DNA of 64,000 bases from Raillietiella orientalis. Taxonomy: Eukaryota. The notes under the pieces were generated by a model. That model worked only from the letters and a program-made list of their open reading frames with translations, made no database searches and had not been told where the DNA came from. Positions 12,424 to 25,147 of this stretch are shown in pieces. Within the stretch, counting starts at the first letter, position 1. The number at the start of each line of letters is the position of its first letter. The position numbers were made by a program, and so were the translations under genes. The stretch spans positions 1,426,001 through 1,490,000 of the forward strand of contig JAYWIR010000032.1 of NCBI GenBank assembly GCA_036172245.1, given 5' to 3'.

Positions 12424-14278
12424 CTGGAATGAAAAGTGCACTTGGTGCAATCGGAAAAAAAAGCGTTTTTTGTTTTTCGTGGGACGAAAAAAAAAGAAAA
12501 ACAATATCTGCTCGTAATAATATACCTCACAGCCAACAACAACAACAACAACACTGCGCACAGTAAGTGACAGCCGTGCAATTGCAAGACGGGCGTACCT
12601 GATATACACGCGTGTGTACACACGAGGGCGCGCACACATACATGTGTGTACACACACACACACATTCAGACCCGATACAGGCACAAGACCCCCCCGACAA
12701 CACACACAGTGAATTCTGTGGCCAAGGCAGCAGCAAAAAGAAGACAAGAGACCCGGTGGGTATAATACGTACCTGCCTTACGGGCAGCATGCAGTGGGGT
12801 CTCGGCTTCGTGACTTTCATGTTTTGCTGGCATCCTGACGGCGTTGGAACTTTACATGTTACTACCGGCACAAGAACTCGAGGGGCACACGCCGCTGCTG
12901 CTGCGGCAAACTGTTCACGTACGCTGTGTGCAACACGACATCCACTTGTGGACGTCGGTGAGGACGGTGGTTGCGATGCGGGAGCGGACAAACCACTGGC
13001 ATTATTCAGAGCACCATGCAAATTAGGTTATGGCTCCATGGCAAAAACGTGTACAGCCAAACGAATGCAGCACGTGGAGGAGGTACTTTTTGCGATCTGA
13101 TGATTTATTGAATCTATCTATCTATCTACATACGTGGGGATGGGGGGAGGGGGGAGGAGGGGAATAAACGAACAGAAAATAATGAAAAAAGTGAAAATAT
13201 TTATTTTACACCTTTTTGCCTAAGCCAGCGTGTACACGTAAATTCATTCCATTTGCCGTTTTTGCATTCGCATACACGCGCACTTCGGGATGGGCCTGAA
13301 AATTCGCCGTTGCCTTTAGCAGTCTGCCATCTATCAACAGTCAAATTAACGTGTTTTTTTTTTTTAAAAAAAAAAGGGGGAAAAGCATCCGCGGATTTTC
13401 GAAAAGAATACTGCCAGTGCACCTGAGAGCTGCGAAAGAGAATCCGTCGTGTAATAAGAAAGGAAAGCTGAGCATTCGTCCAGTGCCCCTTCCTGGTCCG
13501 GAAACATCCCGACGAAACAGCAACGAGAGGACGAAAAGTTCCCCCTCTTTGCGTTCGCTGCCTTCAAGGAGAGCGAGATGAAAATATTTCATGAAAAGTC
13601 ACCCTTTTCTTTTTCTTTTTCTTTTTTTTTTAAAAGCGATGGATGGATAACGAAACCGGATGACCACTTCGTTCAGAGTAACCAACGGGTGGGAATACTG
13701 TGACCATTTTTGCCGGTCCATGCATCCGTCCATTCAAGAATTTCAGAGAGGCCCTTCGTGGGAAAAGAGCATAATCTGTTCGATGACAAAGCCAATTTTC
13801 ACAGCTTTATGCGCGCTGCGAATCACAAGAAATCCCCGATCTCCTCAGCAGCTTTTTGTTTATGAATTCGCTCTTCTTAAAACGCTAATGGTTGCTTCTT
13901 TCCGGTTTGAACGTTTCAGTCCTCTTTGAGATTGGAGGAGGTTCGTGGCAATCACACTTTACCAAGGATCCTGATGAAGTATCGTTTCAGTTCTCTTTGA
14001 GGGTATACCTTTTCCCTGCAGACCTGGCGACCTTTCCTAGCGTTAAACAAGATCACAGGACTCCATGCCATTTGTTCATGAAGATGCATGAGTGGACCCT
14101 GCTTCATTCCTTGCGTCCACTTTCCGTATCGGAACTGTGAGAATCTCCATCTGTCCAACTGAATTTTGATTTTTAGATCAACCCAATGGAACCATTCCAT
14201 GTTAAATGGGCATTTGAAATGTTTGCATCAAGCTGATATTACTTCTCCTTGTTTCTATCCCATCTTGATTTTTGTAAG

Positions 14279-14308
<30 letters not shown>
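14279..14308 (+). repeat. Poly(A) tract of about 30 nt
   Basis: Directly visible. It is the longest of many A/T homopolymers in the GC-rich domains. Confidence 0.9.
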
Positions 14309-14310
<2 letters not shown>

Positions 14311-15579
14311 AAAAGGACGGAACGAAGCAAGAAAGAAAAACATCTGCACTTCTGCCCATTTCCTCAACAGCTGTAACCAACATAGTATCTTTTTACATTC
14401 CCCAAGCTCTTGGATTGCCTGGAATTATCCGAGTCCACTTGTTCTTTCGGATGAGAACCTCTTTCAAGATCTGCAATCTGATACAGGGGTGGCGCATTCT
14501 ATTTGTTTCTTGAGCTGATCTGTTTCTGGTATCGGGAGATATCTGCATCAGAAAGCGTGAAAGTCGTGACATTTGTGTAGATGCCGTTCCTTGAAACGGA
14601 ACAGCAGCGAGAGGGAAGGTGGGCGGCGGGTCGCCATTTCGCTCTGATGCTGGAACTCGGCATCTTGCCACACCGTTCCGAATTCCCCCTCCTTCTGGCT
14701 TTCGGACGTGGTCACGTTGCCCTGCTGCCGCCAGTGGGGAGAAGAGTGTTTCTCCTGCAACCGGCTTTTCATGCCTGAACATACGGATTTCCCACTCGGC
14801 CACAGCGAACGGATTCGTCCCCTCGTGTGCTTCGGGGCTCCCGGGAAACGGCAGCACATCCCTGTTTGCCATGGCTCGGTTACCACCGCCCCGGTGAGGC
14901 TCAGCGACCCTCGAAGCGCGTGAGGAGGGTTTCGCTCATCGTCCCTCCTCAAGTCCGCCGTGTCCGTCCCGCAGGTAGCGTCGACCACAGAACATTCTGA
15001 AAGGAGGGGGGATCCCGCGGACAGCCTCACGCGTCCACTGGCCCGGAGACGAAGACATCTCTCCGGAGCACCGTCGCATGAGCTCAGGCTGCCGTGCTTC
15101 CGTGTTCCCCGTGCATTCCCTAAGGCCCTTTTCCGATTGGTTGGTTCCGTTCCCGGAGGAATGGGGTGGCTTTGGAGAAGGGAGGAGGGGGGGGGGCGAT
15201 CCTGCAAGGCGCAGGCAGATATGTCCGAGTCAACGGCATGCAGAAACCGGCGCATGCGCCCTGCCTGCATTCGCTGCACGGTGGAGAGAACGTCGCTCTT
15301 TGTGATATTCCACCTGGGCGGAACACCTTCATGCAGCTTGTGCATGCTCGTGTATAACAGATAGATGGATAGATAGATAGAAAATGAACCGATCAAAAGT
15401 GTAGCATATGAACAGATGGAAGCGAGATATAGATAGAAATGATAAATGCGCGTCCCATGGCAACGCTGCTTGCGTGTCCATGTCGCTGCGAAAGCTTTCC
15501 TCCAGTGCTTCTCGGAACAGCCTTTGGATCAGTCCATCACGATGGTTACCGTTTTTGGTTTTGAGGGTGGTGGTGGTGG

Positions 15580-17500
15580 TGGTGTGGTGACGTCAAACCC
15601 GCACTAGTGCAATCCTGCAGCACTCCCGTCCGTTGTTGTTGTTTTTGTCTTTTCGAACTGCGCATCCCCATTTCATCTCTCTGCACAGACATCCGTAGTC
15701 TCGGGGGCATTTCCCTTACCTAGTGGTGCCCTTTTGTTCGTTTGAAGGACAGGGGGAGAGGTCAGTGGGTTCCCCCCCCCCCCTTCCCCCCCCGCGCCAA
15801 TCCATGCAAAATGCCGCCGCCGCCGCCCGTCGCGGTCTTCGGTTGCCGTTAGCGACACGGCGCGCGCGCTCACGTGCTCGCGTGCGAAGACGCGCACGGA
15901 TGCGCTGCCGCCACGTGACCCACGCGCACATCCACTGCCCGCCCGCGCTCGCGACGATCGATGGCGTCGGCGGCGTTTCCTGCCAGTTTTCCCGGTTGCC
16001 TGCGCAGGTTTCGCGTGCTCAGGTCTGCTCGCCCGCCCTACGCCGCCGCCGGTGCGTTTCGCAACACGCGCCTCATCCCCGACGGCGTGAGGGGAAGAAT
16101 CAGTCCCGCAGGCAGTCCCGGTTTGCTGCTCCACACCCCCTCGCTACCAGGGAAGCGGCAGTGCAACTGTGCGCTCCTGTGTGCTGGGGGGGAAGCAAGA
16201 CTTCCGGGAAGGGGGAGGGGGGGGCGAGTGCGCCTTGCACCGCTCGGGATGTGCCCGTGTGGCGAGGGGGGAGGATCGTTGCCTAGCAATCGAGACCTTC
16301 CTCTGAACGTCCGGCGACAGGTACACCCACCACCAGACCGTGGTGCGTCCCATCCCCCACGCCCACGGCAGCAGTGACGAGGGTCGCTTATGGGGGGCGA
16401 GCGCCGGAGAGAGCCTAAAGGGAGGAAGTGGATGGCGAACCTCGCTGCGCGTGCGTCGCTAGAGGTTCCCGCCGCCCCTCCTTCCTGCTTGCCTCTTTCG
16501 GTCGGTCGCCGCCGCGATCGAAGTCCGGCGTGCTCGCCTTGCCGCCGCCATCTTGTGAGCGAGCGCGAGGGGCTGCCGGTGTAGGTGGCGGCGGCTAGCG
16601 CGTGCGTCGTTAGAGGGAGGAAGGTTCTTTCTACGGAGCCGAAAGCCTCGCTTTTCCCATCGCACTTCCCGAGGCGTTCCGAAATAGGGGTGTTCCACAG
16701 GCGGTGCCGTCTGCCGCCGACCGTTCCTTGAGATATCCTCCTGTGCCGATCTGGTGCTAGCAGACTGCCTCCGAGCGTTCGTCACGGAGAGGGCGCTCCC
16801 GCCCCGGAAGAAGGAGGGAGACCACGCGGACACTCCCTCAGTTGGCGTCCGGAGCCATCGATCCGAGCAGCGAGATTTTGTGTTGCCGCGTGCCCCCGGA
16901 CGAACGCAGGAAAGCGGAGGCCCTGCTCGGCGGCGGCGCATCGCCAGACCCCGTCCCCTTCGCGGGGCGGATCCTTGACCTTCTCTGCGCCCGGCTGCTT
17001 GACGTGGACGGGCGGGAGGAGAGCGTTTGGACGGCGTCGGCGTCCCCCGGTTGGAGCGCCGCCGACGCTTCCATAGGAATCTATCCCGACAGTTCTAGCA
17101 GGACGAGACGCTGCCGGGCGCTGCCAGGAAACCCCAGGAAACGCGCGCACTCCAGACTTGAGCTCCCGCGAGAACGTTCCAGAAAGCGAGAAGGATGGGG
17201 AATAAGGCGACATGGCACGTCTGCCCACAAAAAATCGAGCCGGCAGGTGGCTTCGCAGCCTAGCTATAGCCCTGAGGGGCTGGGTGCGCATGCAGCAGGC
17301 CACAGAGAACAGGTGGAGCGCTGGGGAGGTCGCAGCGCGCCTACTGACGGCGGGCCAGCGAAAACAGGAAGGCCGCCGGCGAAATCCGAGACCTCTCCCC
17401 CCCTCTATTCCGGAGAGGGACGAAGAGGAATTCCCCTCACGGTGTGCTGACGTCCAGACCCACCGCTTCTGTCATGGCGACCCGGGATCCAGGCAGTGTC
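15580..17500. promoter_or_regulatory. CpG-island-like GC-rich region with a YY1-type motif and a CRE
   Basis: Very high CpG density. CAAGATGGCGGC lies on the minus strand at 16544-16555 and TGACGTCA near 15588. Function is inferred only. Confidence 0.4.
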
Positions 17501-18128
17501 TCTGCCCTCGTTACTAGTGACCTGCATTTTGCCTCCTGCGCTGAAACAGCACTTGGCGGGCAAGATAACGCACGTGAGAGAAGCGTGAGTGAGCAAAACA
17601 CGTGATAGGAAAGATCAAACAGAAGGAACAGAAGCCCAGGAAGCACCGGGTTCGAAGTTTGCTTTCGCAGGATTTCACAGGAGACGCAGTGACGTCATCA
17701 GGATGCGTGGTGGTGCAGACATATGTTACGGGACGTGGGCACACTTCCCTCATTCCCCAACCTCCCGCGTTTGGTCTCTGGAATTAAGGAGACGGCGTAT
17801 TCCAAGGTGGCGGCGGAAGGGAATAGAGCAAAGGCAACCCAAGGCAGAGTCCGCCAGCTTCTCAGACGGGAGGAAACCTGCCTGTCGTCCTTGCGGTTTG
17901 CAATGTGCTCCCTGGATCGGCTGACCTTCCTATTCACTCTTCAAAAGCGCGTAGGATAGGTTCCGCTGAAGCATTGCCTAGAAAGTTGGGTAAATTCACC
18001 ACATGAGCCATCGTATTGAAAATACGATTCCAATCATCACCAGGCAAACCTTTATTTTGTTCGCAAGTCATTGGCTGAGCCGTTGCGAGTTTCGAACGCG
18101 GTCTCCGTAGCAAACTCGTAGCAACGGA

Positions 18129-18275
18129 AACAATGCTGTCAGCGTAACAATGATGATAAAAGCAACAACAATGCTGCCAGCGTAACAATGATGATAAAAG
18201 CAACAACAATGCTGCCAGCGTAACAATGATGATAAAAGCAACGACAATGCTGTCAGCGTAACAATGATGATAAAA
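18129..18275 (+). repeat. 38-bp minisatellite, about 3.9 copies
   Basis: The unit AACAATGCTGYCAGCGTAACAATGATGATAAAAGCAAC starts at 18129, 18167, 18205 and 18243, with no unique spacers. Confidence 0.92.
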
Positions 18276-21200
18276 AAAAAAGAAAAAAAAAACCGCGCTC
18301 ATGTTTGAATTGTTGGGGAACGTCTCGTCGCTGCTGCAAAAAGCCGCTTGGGAATTCCGCGCGGCATGTAAAAAAAAAAGAAAAAAAGGAAAAACGCCTT
18401 CGCGTGTTTTCCTCGAAAAGGCACTGAGGCTGTTGTTGCCCTTGTGATAGTTTCTCTTTCCCACAATTTCCTGGCACTCGCGGAGGAGAATTTCGGTATC
18501 CGCTGCGCCCGCTGTCAGCTCAGGGCTGAGCGCACACATGCGAAGCTGACGACAACGTGGTTGCCGCGGAGCGCGTGTCGTCACGAGCAAAGCGAAACAA
18601 AGCGTGGTTTCCCTCCTCCCCGACGGGAGTCGGTCGTTCCTTCTTCGAGGGAAGAAAGTAAGTCGTAATCTGAGGCACCAGAGGACGGCAAGTAAACTGA
18701 AGTGATCCCGTGAGCCAAAAAAAAAAAAACGGGAAGAGGCAAGGCCGGCTGGAAGAGGAGACGAGCCGGGCCGTGCATGTACGTGTGGGCACGAGGTTGC
18801 CCAGGATCAGGCTCGTGGTGGTCAGCACGGATCCTTTACGCGCTCAACGCAACCCGATTTCCTCCCTGAAAGGCAAACTTTGAGCGTTCTTTCTTCCGTC
18901 GCTTCCGCGCTTTGGCTGCGTACGCACAGCGAATACTTCCTTTTACCTTCGCGGTCCCTTAAGTTCAAACTTGTTCATTTTGAAGTGCCCGCGCGCGCGG
19001 GAGAGAGGGGGAGCGAGGGAGAGCCCTGGATTCCCAACGTCCCATACAAGGTTTGGAAGATGGAAAAAAAAAAAAAAAAAATGTATTTTTCACTTTCGAT
19101 TTGATTGCCGCGCCGGAATTCGCTCTTCATGTGTCCGTGCGCAGATGTGTAATCTTCACTTTCAGACATCGCGCTGATAAAAAAAGCCTTTGGCTGCAGA
19201 GGCTGATGCAGAGCAATAGAACTTCAAGAGGAATGGCGGAAGTACGTGGAAAGGAATCACCGCGTTTGAGCAGAGTTGCGCTCGAAAACTACGGTTCGGG
19301 AAAATTGTGCAAAAGAAAGAAAGAAAAGGACTCCTCACTAACGGAAGCGGTCCTCCGAGTGCTCTCGTTCGGAGATCGACTGATCTCTTGTGGATCCTGG
19401 CTGTTGGAGCGAAACGCGAAGTTTCCTTTTACACACTTTCCGTGTCGACTCGCTTGACATCCAAGGGGGGATCCCTGCAGAGTGCACATTACGCTCGTCC
19501 GTTTGAGATATGCCATACGACAGCTCACAAAGAGCACTTGAGATCTGTAAAAGCTTTCTCGGGTCTTTGTACTCTTCCTTTCAACTAGCGGATCCTCCAG
19601 CATTCGAAGTAACTTTTTATCTCGGCATGGGGATGCTGACGAAGCTCACCGCCAGAAAGCGGATGTGATTTCCGCATCGTCCTTCATGAGCATCAAGAAA
19701 AAGATTTCCGATGCAACCCAGGATTGCGTTTCGTCGTTTCGAAACGTCATGTTTCACAACGCACAAAGTTATGTGCCCATGATAAATTAATAACGAAAGG
19801 AAAGACAGATTAAGATATGGTTTACAGCCTGCCCAAATGACTCTGAAAACTGAAAATGAAGAGGGAGGGGGGAAAAAAAGAAAAGAATGCAGATGCCGAG
19901 CTCCAGAGCATGTGATGCAAGTCTGACAAAATTTCAGTCATTTGAAAGATTCCTCGTCCTCAGGTTCTGCTCTTTCAGCAGAGCAAGTGAGCTTCGGAAG
20001 CAGAAGGATTATCTGCAATGTGCCTGCAAGATTATCTGGAACCTGACAGCAACTTGGATATTCAGTTGCCTTGGGCGCAGACCGTCGTGACGGACTGAGC
20101 AGAGATTTGTTTTCTTCGAACTCCCTTGGAAAATTCAACCAGTCGCTGCCTTCGTCCAGGAAAGTACTGCTAGCACTTCTGGTCTTCAGTTTTTTTTTTT
20201 TTCCCACTCAACAGCAATGATTCCCGTTTCTGCAAGTGTTTACAGTTACGTCGACGCAAATCTATTTATGCATTCTGTTCGCAAACTTCAATTTAATGCA
20301 ATTGCGTTGAAAGTCGTGGAGACCGGAAGAAGGCAGCTCTCACTCACTGTCGTCTTCCGTCCGTAACTTCATCTTTCTCACTCGTACTGATGATCATCCT
20401 GACACAAACTCCTTTACGGATTTTAGTCCATTAAATTTTTCGATCAACAGATTGTGGGGAAAAGCAAAAAGCTCAACGATCTCGAAGTAGGAAAGAAAAG
20501 ATTGAAGCGTAGTAAACATGGAGAGCATCGAGGCCAAGCAAAAGATAACCGTATGCCTCCTGCGATCACCGGTTCGACCTCCGGTATTCCGTACCACAAA
20601 AAAAAAACAGCCATTTAAACTATTAGTCTAAGAAATGATTTCTTCGCCCCTCTCCCCCCCATGCTTGTCAAGCAAAGTGCTTTCCTTCCGTTGCAGATCC
20701 GCCTCCACTCACTTACGGTAACGGAGATGCAACCGTAGCACCGAAGACGATGTAATTTGATCTCTTCAGCAACCGAAGGCCTTCACCGCTTAGTCAATGG
20801 GAAGCTGCTGCACGGGACCGGATTTCCATTCATGCACGTCAACAGACACGAGCAGCATCCGACGCTTCGATCACGTGGACAAAGGACGAAATCGCGAAGA
20901 ATCCATCGAGTTCCGGGTCCATTCATTCATCAAAGAGCTCAACGGGTCGCATTCTACCGTTAAGCACGTCCCGACTCCTCCTCAATGGCAGAAATGTATC
21001 GATGGAAATTGCTTCGAATGGTTGGTGTGACCAACTTTCTTTCTTTCTTTTCTTTTTTTTTCTTCTTCAAGTGCAGCATTTTTTTCTACTAAAAAAAAAT
21101 CAAAAGACAAAACTTTGGAATCTGTTTGCTTGCGGTAACTGGTGAAGATGCGTAGACCAGAGCAGAACACACGATCAGCGTTGCACTTTACTTTCGAACA

Positions 21201-23911
21201 GCAAGAAAGACAAAGTACTCATTGTAATTAGGCCATATCAGGCTTTGGCTTATATCGACGTTCTCACATCAGTTTTTTCTCGTTGTGATGCCGAAAATGC
21301 TTAAAAAACCAGAAAGGTCCACATTCTTCTTACAGGAAGGAGGCCGCAAAAAAACATAGATATGAATGGGATTTCAAAGCTTAGGAATAGGGAAATCCTC
21401 TATTAAAAAAGCTTTGCAGCTTACATTAAAAAATGAAAACGATCACACGAAGAAATGAAAGGTCACGGCACTGGATTGCCAAAGCTCATTCTGGAAGTTT
21501 CAGTCAGAAAAACCTTGACGGATGCACATGAAGATCACGGTTCCCACTCTACTTCCTTAATTCCATATTTTTATTTCTTGCTATTCCCTGCTCTCATTGC
21601 TGTTTGCACAGTCATCCATTTATCCTACTATTCTGCTTTCTGGGGTACTGTTTCACATCATTGGGTAACTTGAAAATTATAGACCGCATAATTGGAAAGT
21701 CGAGTTTCCTCTTATTTAGTCAACATCGCGTTTCCATATGGCCACAATAGGATTTCAGAATGTGGACCTGAAAGAAACCTTGATCTCTCGTCGTTGTGCT
21801 GTCATGAAGGAATCCTAACCAAATCGAGGATATTCATTTGAGGCATCACATTTCAACGTATGCGGAAGTTATTTATATACAGTGACCAAGCTTAGCAGAT
21901 TGCCAGAAAATTTGTACATTCTCCTGGAAAGAACACACTCCCAAAAAGTATATATCAGGCATCAAACGTCTAAACTTGTTGTTCCTGTTTTTATTACATG
22001 ATCAGATATGTGTAGATATGCAAATTAAACTATTTGCAGACAGTTGCATGAATTTTTTTTTTTATTTTTGCACCGATCTGTAGCTCAAAAATGCATATTT
22101 GCACTCCATGGTGCGATGAGCAACCAAGATAACGAGGTTTTCTTTATAAGCGCTCAAGCTTTTCGAAAATTGCCATCCTAATTCTGGATCAGTACTGACG
22201 TTCTGTATAGTCTTTTTTCTCCTCATTTTTCTCTTATTCCTGTTAAAAGGGTAAGTGAAGGTTTCATTCTTTGTTCTCTTCCCGATTCGTCCGCAAACTA
22301 ATTCAGCTGGATACTCTCGATTCCAGTACCATTTTTCGCTTCAGCTGCTATCCTAACTTTTCTTTCATCAGTAACACTTCGTGTATTTGGTGGTTCCTTC
22401 GTTTTCGAGTTCACAGTAGAGTGTTCAAAGTGATACGAACGGATCCTCTCCTATGGTGTTCCCTCTCTGTGTACACGTTCCCAAAATCCACCGCTGACAA
22501 ATGTTTGTGTTCGTTCACCAATAATGTGTTGTTCTCCATTTTGGTTTATGATTTGGTAATAAGGACTTCATAATCGGAACATCAGGAGAAGCGATTCCGT
22601 GTCAGATATCTGCAGAAGGCTGTCACCTGACTCACTTAACATTTGTTCGGACTACTCCGAACTTTATCGACGTGTGTGCCTTCACAAACAAAGGGTGTAG
22701 GAGTGTACTCAAGAAGAGGAGGTTTTCGGGACTACGGACTAGGTGTGCCAACTTTAAAACGATCCCAGGAATCATCTGCAGAAGCAACTTGAAATAACGA
22801 GCAGCAAGTGCAATTTGGTTTGATCCAAGGTGTACTATATATCCTCTTGGGAGGATTCGTGGGGCGCCTGCGGGATGGTTGGTTGTTTTCCTGTAAAATG
22901 TTGCAGTGTGAATGCTACAGTTTTCATCCAGAGGAGGGTCACTTCTAAACGGAAAAAAAAAAAAAAAAAAAATGCAATCCTTTCCGTGTGCAAAGTTTTT
23001 CATCTCGGGAATCGATCCCGCTGTTGGAGTGAGACAGACGAAATGTCGGTGAATAGGACACGGAAATCTTTCTGAACACGTGGTGCTTCGGAATAGCTGA
23101 AGATTCTGCGACCTAGTTTTCTATCATCTCCGTCAAAGGATTGCAACGTCGAGCCTGATACAAGCATTCGTTTCTTTGCCTCAACGAAAATATCAAATTA
23201 TGTTGTTGTCGTGTGCTTCTTTTTCCCTCTGGATCTGTGCATTTTCCTTTTTGCATTACATCAGCAAAGGCGGATGCACGCTTGGTGGCCTTTTCAGTTT
23301 CGATCTGATAACAGGAAAAAGTTCAGCATAGTTCCCTTTATCTTTCTCCCGTGAGGCCAAGAGGAACCGCGCTTTTTGACTGCTGAAACATCTCCAGTAG
23401 TTTTTTTTTCCTTCATGCTCGTGTACTTATTAATATGTTGCTCCCTTTTTCGTACACCACGCATTTGCTATGTTTGTGGTCGCAAGTAGGTGATTACGGG
23501 AAGGGAATGAATGTTCCTCCTTTTCGATTTTGGGTGGGTGAAAACAAACACTCATTCTGCGCTTCACTTTTTTTCGATTGCCTCTGGAATGAAGTGCAGT
23601 GTTATTGAAAAATACGGTTCGAGTCTGTTTGATGTCGTAATTTTTGTATTTTGTTCGTTTCCACCGCCTGCTCTTTCCAATTTTCTTTGATGAAAGCTTT
23701 GAAGCCTCGTAGTTTTTTCACTTTGGTGTACGGCGCGATTCGAGTCGCCGATGGTGCACGCACTCTTCACGTGAACGATGTTCAGATTTGCGAAGCACCC
23801 CGGAGGTGTTCCACAAACACCTCCTGCCGCAAGGAACCGTGACGTCACAGGAGGAAAACGGCGATTTGTCCTGCCGGTCACCTGCTGCTCCGCGACCCTT
23901 GGGTTCTCTCA

Positions 23912-23961
23912 ATTCTGTGGTTTCCCCTAGCCCGATCGTGGGTTAGGGGAAACCGCGGAGT
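23912..23961 (+). repeat. Inverted repeat / hairpin, 22-bp stem with G-U pairs and a 6-nt loop
   Basis: ATTCTGTGGTTTCCCCTAGCCC-GATCGT-GGGTTAGGGGAAACCGCGGAGT. Every position pairs as Watson-Crick or G-U on the + strand. Confidence 0.85.
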
Positions 23962-25147
23962 GGCCACGAGGCTGCAGTGGTTGTTATGAGGTCCGAGCAG
24001 GTACAAACGAAGAATCTTCTAGGTGTCTTTCACGTGAGAGGGGTAGCGCTGCTTCGGTCGCAGAGGGTGAGTCCTCCTCATCCGTGCGTGGCGAAGAGCC
24101 CTCGGAGACTTCAGCTCACCACCTCAGCAAAGTCTCTTTTCCCGTTGCTCTCTGTAATCGAGGCAACTCTCTCCATTTAACGGTTCCTTCATCCCTCGAA
24201 AGTGCAGTTTTCGTCGACTGTTTATGCCGAAGGTTCGTGTCGATGCTTTCGCATGGGTTTTTGAACGCCAGCAAGAATGACGGCCTTTTTTTTTTTTTTT
24301 TCCGTAACAAGAAGAGACTGCTCTTGCAGAAACATCTGCAGAAGAACTCTATTCAGGCGGATGCGAAATAGTCACACACAACTGGTGCAGGCGAGACATA
24401 GCCCCCCTCCCCCTCCCAAAAAAAAAATCCCGTTTTTTAAAAAAAACTTCCCTCCTAAACAAGCAGAGATTATTAGATGGAAGATCGGAAATATACAGCA
24501 AGGCAGATAATGAAAAAAGTACGGAAACCTTGCTTGCTGAAAGGTGCTGAGATGATTAATTGTAAAGGCTGCTTAATTAGGAAAAGTATTCCTCGAAAGT
24601 ATTTCAGTATTTTGATAAAGGGGAGGGAAAGAACCCAAGCAGTTTTCATTAATTCGGATTATCTGGCAGAAAACTGGTTGTGTTGGACCCGTTTTTGTTT
24701 TTGAAATTGTGCTGCACAAGTTTTCATTTTGTTACCTGAAGGATGGTGCTGCAGCATGAGAAATATTACATAAAACTTTACAAAAAGAATGGAGACCAAC
24801 TGATCAGGCATGCTGACCGCCACTGTGAGAAAATTATTGCCTGCTCAAAGAAGCCATTCTGATTAAAAAGGAGTAAATATGAAGTAAGCCTCAGAGCATG
24901 GTGTATTGGGATAAATGAATCCAAAATTAAGATAAACTGATCAATGTAGTTCTATGTATTTTGAAACTCATTAACCTTAAGCTTAGATACAAATCATGTC
25001 ACCCGACTTACTTGAAAATCAGAATTTAGAAGTAAACACTCAAATTTCTATCCAATGAAATTTCAAAGCTCTTGTGCACGAGTTTTTTTTTTTTAATATT
25101 AAAATTCATATTATAAAAACCGGATTATAAAGCATGTCACAAAAACA

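Noticed and set aside
11935..12432. Poly-Gln ORF on the plus strand
   Set aside because: It is produced by an intronic CAG microsatellite and runs antisense to the chiffon motif-N exon.
14548..17450. Many long overlapping ORFs in GC-rich DNA (up to 282 aa)
   Set aside because: These Arg/Pro/Gly-rich ORFs occur in all frames, as expected from stop-codon scarcity, and have no recognisable domain.
18129..18275. 38-bp repeats as a CRISPR array
   Set aside because: The units are directly adjacent with no unique spacers, there are no cas genes, and the context is eukaryotic. It is a minisatellite.
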